IMG/VR virus record: IMGVR_UViG_3300046804_005146
Span: 17,509-81,508 of that record
Direction: 5' to 3' (one strand)
DNA: 64,000 bases
Source of the DNA: a virus
The notes under the pieces are model-generated. The model ran no database searches. It was not told where the DNA came from and was given only the letters and a program-made list of their open reading frames with translations. The position numbers and the translations under genes were made by a program. Of this stretch, positions 9,874-18,219 are shown one piece after another. How positions within the stretch are numbered: position 1 is the stretch's first letter; every line of letters starts with the position of its first letter.

Positions 9874-10204
9874 TATTACCTTCTATATCATCTGCAATAT
9901 TGTGTAAATCTCTATCATTTTCTGTAAGTAATTCGGTACGTATGTAAGAAAGTAATGCACGTTTCTTATTACCTATTACCTTTGTTATATCGATATCCTC
10001 ACTATAACTCTCAACGTTTAAAACGAATTCAACCTTTAAAATATTTTTACCATACTTACCGTAATACGTTTCGATAAATTTATCGAACAGTTCACTCAAT
10101 TCGTCGTATGCTTTACCTAAAGCTTTATGTTCTGCATATGAAAATGTCTGCCAATGGAAAATTCTAATTTGATCTAAAAACGATAAAAACGGTACTAGTT
10201 TCAC
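9839..10204 (-). CDS. Dps/ferritin-like four-helix protein
   Basis: QIRIFHWQT.SYAEHKALG.AYD...DKFIE; GTG start at 10204, 5 nt after TATAAATA. Confidence 0.65.
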   Translation of the reverse strand: MKLVPFLSFLDQIRIFHWQTFSYAEHKALGKAYDELSELFDKFIETYYGKYGKNILKVEFVLNVESYSEDIDITKVIGNKKRALLSYIRTELLTENDRDLHNIADDIEGNINHLLYLLQLK

Positions 10205-10212
10205 ATAATTAT

Positions 10213-10371
10213 TTATACTAGCTCTTCTACAATGCCTAGTATTTCTGACGCGATAACTAGAGAACCAGCCCCGTAAAGGCCGCCCCATAATAAATACAAA
10301 CCAGCACCGATACGCAGAATACTCTTAATAACACTGATTCTAAAATGCCATTTAGGGTCTGGAGTATTCAT
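10213..10371 (-). CDS. 52-aa small membrane protein downstream of queE
   Basis: Read manually: MNTPDPKWHFRISVIKSILRIGAGLYLLWGGLYGAGSLVIASEILGIVEELV; starts just after the queE stop; below ORF-track cutoff. Confidence 0.65.
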   Translation of the reverse strand: MNTPDPKWHFRISVIKSILRIGAGLYLLWGGLYGAGSLVIASEILGIVEELV

Positions 10372-10372
10372 A

Positions 10373-11179
10373 TTAAACCTTTAATGCTTTATCCCAAATT
10401 TGTAGATGCAGTCTATTGGAAAACTTAAAGCCATGTTTCTTACAAATATCAGCTACAGCTGGCGCAACATTTGTAAGCTCATTACGGCTACCACACATAG
10501 GCATAATCCAAACACGATTGCGTGGGAGATTAATGTCAGGGTTATTAATAAATTTAGTAAAAACTTCATCTAGATCTGATTCTTGTTTAGCTACAAATTT
10601 AAAGCACGCATATTGTTGTACTAAAAACTTAAGGACGTCCGGCTTGAAACGTTTATCTTCCGGGTCTCCATTATTAGTTAGTTTTGGTGAAGTTGTGAAT
10701 GTACAAATCCATTTACCACTATCAACCCATTCCTGATCTGGCATAACAGTACCATTAGTTTCAAAGTCAATATAAAGATCAGGTTTGTCATTTTCTGACC
10801 TATCTACTACTTTATCAAAACTACTAAACCCCCAACGTTCGTGTATAAATTTAACAAATTCAATTAAATTTTTCTGTTGAATAAAAGGTTCACCACCAGT
10901 AATCTTAAAAATTGCACCTTCTCTTAAACGATCATGGTATCCGTTCTTTTCAAAAAATTGAGCAATCTCTTCGAAAGTCATTTTATTCTTTTTAGACCAA
11001 CTTACGTAGCTATCACACCCAAAAGGTGCATCTTCACTCTTAAAACCAATGCACGTGAGATTACACATTGATAGTCTCATGAATACTGACGGCCATCCGA
11101 TATACTCACCTTCACCTTCAAGAGTGTAAAATACAAAGTCGTCTGATAAAAACAAGGTCTTACTCGGATCAATATTCAT
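10373..11179 (-). CDS. queE: 7-carboxy-7-deazaguanine synthase (radical SAM)
   Basis: FYTLEGEG, CNLTC-x11-CDS, ITGGEP, ETNGT, TSPKL, RLHLQIW. Confidence 0.88.
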   Translation of the reverse strand: MNIDPSKTLFLSDDFVFYTLEGEGEYIGWPSVFMRLSMCNLTCIGFKSEDAPFGCDSYVSWSKKNKMTFEEIAQFFEKNGYHDRLREGAIFKITGGEPFIQQKNLIEFVKFIHERWGFSSFDKVVDRSENDKPDLYIDFETNGTVMPDQEWVDSGKWICTFTTSPKLTNNGDPEDKRFKPDVLKFLVQQYACFKFVAKQESDLDEVFTKFINNPDINLPRNRVWIMPMCGSRNELTNVAPAVADICKKHGFKFSNRLHLQIWDKALKV

Positions 11180-11235
11180 ACTTTATATTGTATGACATAC
11201 AGTGAAAAATCAAATAACAATCTAAATATTTTTAG

Positions 11236-11973
11236 ATGTCTAAAAAAACTAAGCGTAAAAAAATAAAAGAAATAGAAGAATTAGAAACAGCATTAGTTAA
11301 AAGTAAATGGGAGTATGATTTCGAAGTAACCAATAGATATACGCTAAACTATAATCAACAAAGTTTAGTTGAAACTATGCTTCGTGATGATACTTTTATG
11401 AGTATAGTAGATGGTCCAGCAGGTACAGCAAAAACTTATTTAGCTGTATATGCTGCATTAAAGTTAATATCGCAGCGTAAATTAGAAAGCATAGTTTACA
11501 TTAGAAGTGTAGTGGAAAGTGCTAGTAAGAGTATTGGATCATTACCAGGTGAAATCGATGAAAAGTTTGCACCGTGGTCTATGCCTTTAAATGATAAACT
11601 AGAAGAATTAGTTTCTACAACGGTAATTAAAAATTTACATAGTACTAATGTACTTCGTAGTATACCTGTTAATTTCGTAAGAGGATTAACGTTTAGAAAC
11701 TGTTTTGTTATAGTAGATGAAGCTCAAAATTTAACTTTAGGTGAGTTAACTACTATTCTCACTAGATTTGGCCGCAATACTAAATACGTAATAGCCGGTG
11801 ATACTTCTCAAAGTGACATTGGTAAAAATAGCGGATTTCCTTCTATATGTAATAAATTTGCTGGAGTTGAATGTGAACAAAAAGGTATATTCAACTTTAA
11901 GTTTACCGAAGACGATATAGTTAGAAGTGAGATATTACGTTTTATTGTCAGTAGACTTCAAAAGAGCGGCTAA
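11236..11973 (+). CDS. phoH: PhoH family ATPase
   Basis: GPAGTAKT, GSLPG, RGLTF, DEAQN, GDTSQSD, DIVRS. Confidence 0.92.
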   Translation: MSKKTKRKKIKEIEELETALVKSKWEYDFEVTNRYTLNYNQQSLVETMLRDDTFMSIVDGPAGTAKTYLAVYAALKLISQRKLESIVYIRSVVESASKSIGSLPGEIDEKFAPWSMPLNDKLEELVSTTVIKNLHSTNVLRSIPVNFVRGLTFRNCFVIVDEAQNLTLGELTTILTRFGRNTKYVIAGDTSQSDIGKNSGFPSICNKFAGVECEQKGIFNFKFTEDDIVRSEILRFIVSRLQKSG

Positions 11974-12201
11974 TTCTTTTAAAGCCTCTTCAGTACTAAC
12001 ATGTCTTACGTTATTTTTAGGTAAGACGGGGTCAGGCTTTTTATTCTGTTCAATTAACTTTTGATTCATTAGTTTGTTGACGTTGTTCTCAAGCTGAACT
12101 AATTTTGGATCTCTAGTTTTTTCTTGAAAAGAAGATTTTACTTCGTGTAAATTATTTTTGGGTAAAATTTTTAAAAGCCTGACCTGTTGTTCTAAGTTCA
12201 C
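11935..12201 (-). CDS. Hypothetical protein
   Basis: 88-aa ORF overlapping the queD stop (GTGA). Confidence 0.5.
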   Translation of the reverse strand: MNLEQQVRLLKILPKNNLHEVKSSFQEKTRDPKLVQLENNVNKLMNQKLIEQNKKPDPVLPKNNVRHVSTEEALKELAALLKSTDNKT

Positions 12202-12881
12202 CGTTTGTTATTATTTCCCCATGAGGTTCCAGCAAATGGGTCTTTAAATGTATTTATTACTTTTTTGTTATATAATGGCGGAACGTTGTTAGTATTCTCA
12301 GTCTTTTGACTCATAGGAGAAGTCAAATTCTTATTAACAAATGTAGGATTATCTTGTTTAGTTTCAGTTGGCTGTACTGGAGTAGCTTCTTGAATTGTTA
12401 CTGTAGTATCAGTTGTAGATGTTAGATTAACTTTTTCAAAAACAGCTGAATTACCTTCATGCTCCCACACTTCAACTTTTTCGCACCAGCAACGTCCATC
12501 AGTGCTATTTTTCACGTAGCTATCAGCTATATTGTGACAATATTCAGCAAACTTTTCTATACCTACACCGTCATCAAATACGCGTAAGTCAATAATCTTC
12601 TTTTCATGTAATAGTTGAAAGATGGGTAGCTCAGGATCGTTACGCCATACACAAGTAGTATGATCAAATGCATCTTCTAATTGTTTTTTAAGCTCTTTAA
12701 GTGATCCAAAATCTACCACCCAATTATTGTTATCAAGTTGATTGCAACTAAACCAAAACTTTGCTTGTAATCTATATCCATGTAAAAATTTACAATGAGA
12801 GTCTGCAAAGGGTTGTCTAAAAGCTGTGGAGCCGAGGGGAAGTACTTTAGTCGACTGGTAAATGTTTTTCGCGAGAATCAT
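12198..12881 (-). CDS. queD: 6-carboxytetrahydropterin synthase-like protein with low-complexity C-terminal extension
   Basis: AFRQ...SHCKFLHGY, WVVDFG, FDHT, VEVWEHEGNSA; ATG 12881 lies 6 nt after TATAAT. Confidence 0.8.
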   Translation of the reverse strand: MILAKNIYQSTKVLPLGSTAFRQPFADSHCKFLHGYRLQAKFWFSCNQLDNNNWVVDFGSLKELKKQLEDAFDHTTCVWRNDPELPIFQLLHEKKIIDLRVFDDGVGIEKFAEYCHNIADSYVKNSTDGRCWCEKVEVWEHEGNSAVFEKVNLTSTTDTTVTIQEATPVQPTETKQDNPTFVNKNLTSPMSQKTENTNNVPPLYNKKVINTFKDPFAGTSWGNNNKR

Positions 12882-12913
12882 AGAATTATTATAGTTTAGA
12901 TTTTTCAAATTTC

Positions 12914-13015
12914 CAGAGCCGTCGCGGATATTATTTGTTTCTACAAATTCCGAGATAATTTACTACAGTAAAACTCTCTGACCTCTCAGAAGTTCTTACA
13001 GTCTCCGTGTCTCTG
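12914..13015 (-). ncRNA. Candidate structured non-coding RNA (~100 nt)
   Basis: Own promoter immediately upstream; closing stems CAGAG/CUCUG and CGGA/UCCG; 13-bp and 6-bp internal hairpins; no ATG. Confidence 0.45.
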
Positions 13016-13020
13016 TTAAG

Positions 13021-13092
13021 ATTTTAATCTCAGTTATTATAAAAATCAACTAAAAAAGTTTTGGTTGATTTAACTTTTATATAGTCTATAAT
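13021..13092. promoter_or_regulatory. Divergent sigma70-type promoter pair (ncRNA/queD versus folE)
   Basis: Minus: TTGATT (13049-13044), 17 nt, TAAAAT (13026-13021). Plus: TTGATT (13065-13070), 16 nt, TATAAT (13087-13092), 6 nt, ATG. Confidence 0.7.
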
Positions 13093-13098
13093 CTTGGT

Positions 13099-13755
13099 AT
13101 GAAATGTGAACGTGTGAAGCACCCGACTATTCCAACAGCTAATAGTAATCTTCCAAGATCAGAAGAAGAAAAGCAACAAATCATTGAAAATGCAACCATT
13201 GCTTATGAAGCGTTTTTAGATGCTCTATGCATTGATTGGCGTAATGATCCTAATAGTGAAGGTACGCCACGTAGAGTAGCTAAAGCTTATGTTCATGACA
13301 TTGCTTCTGGCTGTTATGATGAGCCACCTAAGATTACTTCATTTCCAGCTGACGGTTATGATGGTATGGTATTTCAGGGAGGTATTCCTGTAAAGTCACT
13401 TTGTTCACATCATCACCTTGCTTTTACTGGAGTAGCACATGTTGCTTATATTCCAAGTCTTGAAGGTAGAGTAATTGGACTTTCAAAGCTCAATAGAATT
13501 GTTGAGTTTTACGCACGTAGACCTCAGATTCAAGAAGGTCTAACAATGCAGATTCATAAGGCAATAGACGAGGTTTGTGAGAAGAACCAAGGTGTTGCAG
13601 TTATGGTGAGCGCAACTCACACTTGCGCTTGTAATAGAGGTGTTCGTCACGATGGGTGCGAGATGAACACCTCAAAACTTTCAAAAGACTTCTTAACTGA
13701 CGCAGCTGTTAGAGCTGAATTTTATCAGTTTATTTCACATTGGGCTCGTCAGTAA
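13099..13755 (+). CDS. folE: GTP cyclohydrolase I
   Basis: TPRRVAK, SLCSHHHLAF, IGLSKLNR, RRPQIQE, HTCACNRG. Confidence 0.92.
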   Translation: MKCERVKHPTIPTANSNLPRSEEEKQQIIENATIAYEAFLDALCIDWRNDPNSEGTPRRVAKAYVHDIASGCYDEPPKITSFPADGYDGMVFQGGIPVKSLCSHHHLAFTGVAHVAYIPSLEGRVIGLSKLNRIVEFYARRPQIQEGLTMQIHKAIDEVCEKNQGVAVMVSATHTCACNRGVRHDGCEMNTSKLSKDFLTDAAVRAEFYQFISHWARQ

Positions 13756-14061
13756 TGATTTTTTAATATAATGGCTGACTAATTGTTTAGAAGTGTTTAG
13801 TCTTTTAGCAATTTCTGAACAATTTAAGTCTTGATTAAAATACATATCATACATTTGTTTTATCACTTTTGGTGAAGTTTTTCTATTAACTTCTGCATAT
13901 GCGTTAGCTTTTCTAAGATGATATAAAACAGTTGAAGCTGGTATGTTCAAAGCTTTAGATATTTGAGACAAAGTTTTACCTTGTTTTTGATACATATCAA
14001 AAATTGCATTTATAGCATCCTGAGAATAAGCTTCATTTAAAAATTGTTTATATGTTTTCAT
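13735..14061 (-). CDS. Tandem 2xHTH DNA-binding protein with capsid-targeting-like N-terminus
   Basis: MKTYKQFLNE; HTHs TLSQISKALNIPASTVLYHL and NCSEIAKRLNTSKQLVSHYI. Confidence 0.7.
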   Translation of the reverse strand: MKTYKQFLNEAYSQDAINAIFDMYQKQGKTLSQISKALNIPASTVLYHLRKANAYAEVNRKTSPKVIKQMYDMYFNQDLNCSEIAKRLNTSKQLVSHYIKKSLLTSPM

Positions 14062-16463
14062 GATTTTAAAAACACAGCACGAAACATTACATTATTGAAC
14101 GAACCTTTATATATGTTCGCATAAACTATATCTAAATTAACACTAGATGTTTTAGCATAATTTACAATACCATTTATGTACAGGTTAGCTATTGGTGCAC
14201 TTTCATTGTATCGGTTTAAATTAAAACCAACAGTTTCACTTTCCATACTTTGTTGGGTAGCATCGTTTGGCTTATTTTGTTTAAAATAACCTTTATCATC
14301 TAGCTTTAAATCAAATAAGTTCTTTTGTTTATTATACACATTTGTTTTAGTTATATTTGCATTTTTAGCAGCAAACAATGTATATGTCACAAATAATAAA
14401 CCACCAGGAGCTAATAATTCTTTAGCAGCTTTTACCGGGTATAAAAACGGGTTATGTAGAACGTTAAGTCTCATTGGTGTATTCCCTATTAAAGTGCCTG
14501 GTATACCTAAATAGTCGAGATCAATTATATTAAAATTATTCGGTACGTATAATCTTTTTTTATCACCTTCAGTTTTATAAAAAAAGTGTTTATCAGGTGC
14601 ATTAATTAATTCATTTATATTAGCATCAGTGACATTTGCGTGTATTTTATTGCCGGAGTCTTTTTGAGCTTTTAATCCAAATTGTTTTGCTAATTTTAAT
14701 CCTCTTGCTTCTGCTCCATATACTTCAACGTTTTTGTTAAACGTTGATGATATACCTTTCTCAAAAGAGTATTCTTCAGGTAAACTTAATACTTTAATGG
14801 TATCAGGCATTGCATTAACGTAGCTTGAAATAGCGTCAAATTCAAACTTTCTATTTTTAAGTTTCCCTTGTATGCTACTAAATTCCACTCCAGGATCAAA
14901 AACTTCACCTTTTTCTTCAGCTTGTGTTCTCAGCTCTTTATAACGTTTTTTTAGATTTGCAATTATCTCTTCTTTTGATAGGTTATCCTTCAATCCTTGC
15001 TTTCTTATCTTCTTACCTTCGGCTGAATTTTTGAATTTTTTAAATCTACGATTCATCGTTTCAATAGCCTTACGTCCTGCTCTAGAATATTTTGTAATAC
15101 CACCATGTCTAAACATTTTTAGCCAATTGTATTCGTTTAAATTAAATGATATATTATAGTCTTTTAATTGTTGTAAGAATTTTGCAAATGGCATCTTTTT
15201 AACTCGATTCATTAGCATAGTTATTTCGTCAATATAATTGACGTTAATAATATTGTTTAATTCTCTAGATGTAAATTTGGAAGGATCTACTGGCTGAAAT
15301 TTTGGATCATTTATAGATCCTATTTTTTGCTTAGCATATAATTTAATTAAATCACTTTCCTTTTCCTGTAAATATTTTATAAATTTTTCAGTTATTTCAG
15401 AGTTATTGATAATATTGGGAGGTAATGAAACAGAATCTACACTATACACTCTGCCTGTATCTTTTGCTGGTTTTAATGTTTTTGGTGACAACTTATTACG
15501 AGGTTCATGCGGGGGTTTAGTTGGTATTTCTCCACTCTTGTAAAGTTTGTGATTTTTTAAGACAATCACTACTGTTTTTGGAGACACATGCAACGCATTA
15601 GCAATTTTTATTATTTTTACACCCTCCTGGCGCATCCTTATAATTTCATCGATTATTTTTTGTCGTTGTTGCTTACGTATATCTTTACCAAATCTAGCTA
15701 TTACAGTTGCTACTGTACTATAAGGTAAATCTATTATATCTGAAATCTCACCATTAGATTTACCTTGTTTAGCTAGATCTAAAATTTGATTACGCTTATT
15801 AAGCATTTTTGAATTAACTGTTAATTTAGCGTAATCTGGTAATGATCTTAAATAATCTGTAATAGTAGAATGGCCGATACCGACCCTTTTTCCTATTTCT
15901 GTAACACTTAAACCTTGCTGTCTCAGACGCTTAATCTCTTTTTTCTTTAACAGTGTTAATTTAGATTCACGTGCGTAGTCACTCGGGTTTAACAAACCTT
16001 TTGCAATCAACTGTTTTCTTATTCTATACACTGTACCTTCGTCAACATTTAACATTTTTGCTATTTTTGCGCCACTATACCCCTTTATAGTTAAATCACG
16101 TATTTTATTGTATCTTGAACTTATATGTTTTATACCCAGTTCATTTAAGAATCTTGATATTGCATTACTACTAAATCCTAACGCTTTACCGATTTCAGTG
16201 TAATCGTAATTTTTATTAACATAATCCAATATTTGATCTTTAAAATCACTTACTGATCGATTTGGAGATATAGTTTTGTGTGAAATTTTAAAATCGGGGT
16301 TATTTTGTAATACAATTCTTCTTATCGTTTTATTATCCAGTTTAAACTGATTACTTAGAGAATTTATACTAACTCCCGGCTGTTTAGAAGCTTGAGTCAC
16401 CTGTTGTTCTATTTCAGGTGAAACTTTAAAAACTTCAGATAAGAAAAAATTTTTAAAATTCAT
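14058..16463 (-). CDS. Six-HTH protein fused to a C-terminal SAM-methyltransferase-like domain
   Basis: Six HTH repeats in about aa 29-305; C-terminal KVLSLP, VYGAE, IIDLDYLG and LLAPGGLLFVTY. Confidence 0.6.
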   Translation of the reverse strand: MNFKNFFLSEVFKVSPEIEQQVTQASKQPGVSINSLSNQFKLDNKTIRRIVLQNNPDFKISHKTISPNRSVSDFKDQILDYVNKNYDYTEIGKALGFSSNAISRFLNELGIKHISSRYNKIRDLTIKGYSGAKIAKMLNVDEGTVYRIRKQLIAKGLLNPSDYARESKLTLLKKKEIKRLRQQGLSVTEIGKRVGIGHSTITDYLRSLPDYAKLTVNSKMLNKRNQILDLAKQGKSNGEISDIIDLPYSTVATVIARFGKDIRKQQRQKIIDEIIRMRQEGVKIIKIANALHVSPKTVVIVLKNHKLYKSGEIPTKPPHEPRNKLSPKTLKPAKDTGRVYSVDSVSLPPNIINNSEITEKFIKYLQEKESDLIKLYAKQKIGSINDPKFQPVDPSKFTSRELNNIINVNYIDEITMLMNRVKKMPFAKFLQQLKDYNISFNLNEYNWLKMFRHGGITKYSRAGRKAIETMNRRFKKFKNSAEGKKIRKQGLKDNLSKEEIIANLKKRYKELRTQAEEKGEVFDPGVEFSSIQGKLKNRKFEFDAISSYVNAMPDTIKVLSLPEEYSFEKGISSTFNKNVEVYGAEARGLKLAKQFGLKAQKDSGNKIHANVTDANINELINAPDKHFFYKTEGDKKRLYVPNNFNIIDLDYLGIPGTLIGNTPMRLNVLHNPFLYPVKAAKELLAPGGLLFVTYTLFAAKNANITKTNVYNKQKNLFDLKLDDKGYFKQNKPNDATQQSMESETVGFNLNRYNESAPIANLYINGIVNYAKTSSVNLDIVYANIYKGSFNNVMFRAVFLKS

Positions 16464-16873
16464 GAACCTAAATTGTACTCCTTTGTAACATCAATTACAC
16501 CGCCATTTTTAATAATAAAATCTTTACCAATTAAAACTTGCTGTTCATTGGTGCTTCTATCTGAAATAGAAAATGGTATATTTTTCCAATGTTTACCAGC
16601 AAATTCAATATCAAATACAACAACAGGTCTTTTTTCTACTTTACCAGCACCTATGTTTATGTTTATATAATCATGTATTTTCTTAGTTAAACCTTTACCA
16701 CCTATTGTTTTGAAATTTACTTTATCTCCATACTCTTCTAAATCTGTACCATGTAAGACATTAAAAGCCCCGTTACCGCTATCTACCTTAGCGTCAACGG
16801 GGCCGAGTTCTCTAAAGTTAACTACTTCAATAAGTCCTAATGCTCTTTCGAAAAATAATTTGAATGGTACCAC
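16460..16873 (-). CDS. Retropepsin-like aspartic protease (RimB-like, 'ATP-dependent zinc protease' family)
   Basis: AKVDSGNG catalytic motif, EKRPVV, FSISDRS, VLIGKDF; GTG 16873 is 5 nt after TAAATA. Confidence 0.75.
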   Translation of the reverse strand: MVPFKLFFERALGLIEVVNFRELGPVDAKVDSGNGAFNVLHGTDLEEYGDKVNFKTIGGKGLTKKIHDYININIGAGKVEKRPVVVFDIEFAGKHWKNIPFSISDRSTNEQQVLIGKDFIIKNGGVIDVTKEYNLGS

Positions 16874-16894
16874 CAAATTATTTATTAAAAAGCA

Positions 16895-17104
16895 TCAAGC
16901 CTTAGGTGCAGACTTCATTGCTTTCTTTCTCTCTTGAATCTGCTTACGAAGATCACGGGTGATCTTACCGATAGCAAGAAGAGACTTACGTGCTCTTGCT
17001 GCTGCAGAAGCGTTATCCTTTTCAACAAACTTTGCTACATTCTCATTGAATTCAACAAAGTGTGTGTTAAGCTGGGTTGTTTGTTCTGTAATAATATTAC
17101 TCAT
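16895..17104 (-). CDS. Hc1-like (histone H1-like) nucleoid protein
   Basis: KDNASAAARARKSLLAIGKITRDLRK resembles the Hc1 core GNKAA..R.R....L.K..K..RK. Confidence 0.65.
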   Translation of the reverse strand: MSNIITEQTTQLNTHFVEFNENVAKFVEKDNASAAARARKSLLAIGKITRDLRKQIQERKKAMKSAPKA

Positions 17105-17144
17105 ACATTTTAATTTAGAATGAGTAACTATTAAATCAACTACC

Positions 17145-17450
17145 TCATTTACTGTTTTTTACGCAATTATTAACACGCACGCCACCCTTCATTTTGGTAC
17201 CTTCTTTATGGTAACCTTTCCAACACTTAGGATCCAATCTCTGTTTCTTTTTTTCGTTTAATTGAGTAAACTCTAGCAGATAATAATTTACGGCAAAATC
17301 AAAACTTTCTTTCTTCAAAAAGTCTTTAATCTGACCTTTTGTCATTTCTTTAGCAGCTTTTTTAGCTGCACCTTTAACACCTTTTTGACCTTTTTTAGCA
17401 CCCATTACCGCACCAAAAAATTTTCTTTGTTTTTCACTTGTTGATGGCAT
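17145..17450 (-). CDS. Basic late protein with CWKGY motif
   Basis: MPSTSEKQRKFFG N-terminus; CWKGY...GTKMKGG..VNNCVK; TAAATA 5 nt upstream. Confidence 0.6.
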   Translation of the reverse strand: MPSTSEKQRKFFGAVMGAKKGQKGVKGAAKKAAKEMTKGQIKDFLKKESFDFAVNYYLLEFTQLNEKKKQRLDPKCWKGYHKEGTKMKGGVRVNNCVKNSK

Positions 17451-17465
17451 GATATTATTTATATT

Positions 17466-17738
17466 TTACCAGTTTTTACAAGAATAGTATTTTGCTGTAC
17501 CAGGTTTAGCTGTAGAGCATTTATGACGAGCTCTGAAAGACTTGCGTCGCTTAGGGTTAGATTTTTTAATACGTAAGTTAGGGTCACCGTAATGTATTCT
17601 TTTTAATTTACCATCTACTCTAGCGCAACGCATATATTTCTTATCTTTACGTGTAGATGCTTGTTGACCAGTTACCTTAGTACAACGTGAACCTTTCTTT
17701 TCTGTTAACACATAATCTACTAATTCATCAAATCGCAT
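17466..17738 (-). CDS. Basic conserved phage protein (RRKSFRARHKC motif)
   Basis: Likely start ATG 17738, 5 nt after TAAATA; YGDPNLRIKKSNPKRRKSFRARHKC...YYSCKNW. Confidence 0.65.
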   Translation of the reverse strand: MRFDELVDYVLTEKKGSRCTKVTGQQASTRKDKKYMRCARVDGKLKRIHYGDPNLRIKKSNPKRRKSFRARHKCSTAKPGTAKYYSCKNW

Positions 17739-17743
17739 ACAGA

Positions 17744-17755
17744 TATTTATAAATA
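17744..17755. promoter_or_regulatory. Back-to-back late promoters
   Basis: TATTTATAAATA with an ATG 5 nt away on each strand (17738 and 17761). Confidence 0.65.
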
Positions 17756-17760
17756 TTAAC

Positions 17761-18219
17761 ATGAGAATATCGCCTAATGATGTAAAATTAATCACCGAGA
17801 AGTATAAAAAAGTTAACGAGAATTTAGGTCTCGGACCAACAATGTCTGGTGTAGGTACTGTAGGTGGCGGTCTAAACGTTGTAACAGCTGTAGGTAATGC
17901 AGCATCAAGAGAAAATTTTAATAAACTAGCATCAGCAGTACATGGCGGTGAAGTACCAGGTGGCGATAGAATAGCAGATGAAAGTGAAGAAAGTGCTTTA
18001 CCAATGGCTAAAGGTAACATCAATAACTTAGTACATAGAGCACAAATGCTTCAAGAATTGATACAACATGAATCAGAAATAGAACCTTGGATAGCAGCAA
18101 AAATTACTTTAGCTACTGATTACGTCGAGACAATTGTAAACTATTTAAAGTTTAGAGATGAAGGTGGGTTTGAACACGAGATAGGCGTTAATATTATAGA
18201 TTTGGAGACCCGGGAGTAA
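17761..18219 (+). CDS. Hypothetical late protein
   Basis: 152-aa ORF; LEPW..AKITLA.DY-type motif; LITE and VNE sites. Confidence 0.6.
   Translation: MRISPNDVKLITEKYKKVNENLGLGPTMSGVGTVGGGLNVVTAVGNAASRENFNKLASAVHGGEVPGGDRIADESEESALPMAKGNINNLVHRAQMLQELIQHESEIEPWIAAKITLATDYVETIVNYLKFRDEGGFEHEIGVNIIDLETRE

Noticed and set aside
10205-10288. N-terminal extension of the ferritin-like ORF
   Set aside because: Overlaps the 52-aa membrane ORF in another frame; promoter spacing supports GTG 10204
12914-13015. Canonical preQ1 riboswitch upstream of queD
   Set aside because: Lacks the short P1 hairpin with 3' A-rich tail of preQ1-I; kept only as an unclassified RNA candidate
13044-13070. Inverted repeat AATCAAC...GTTGATT as an operator or terminator
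   Set aside because: Explained by the two divergent -35 boxes
17739-18023. 185-aa version of ORF 17466..18023
   Set aside because: The extension is the antisense shadow of 17761..18219; a late promoter supports the start at 17738
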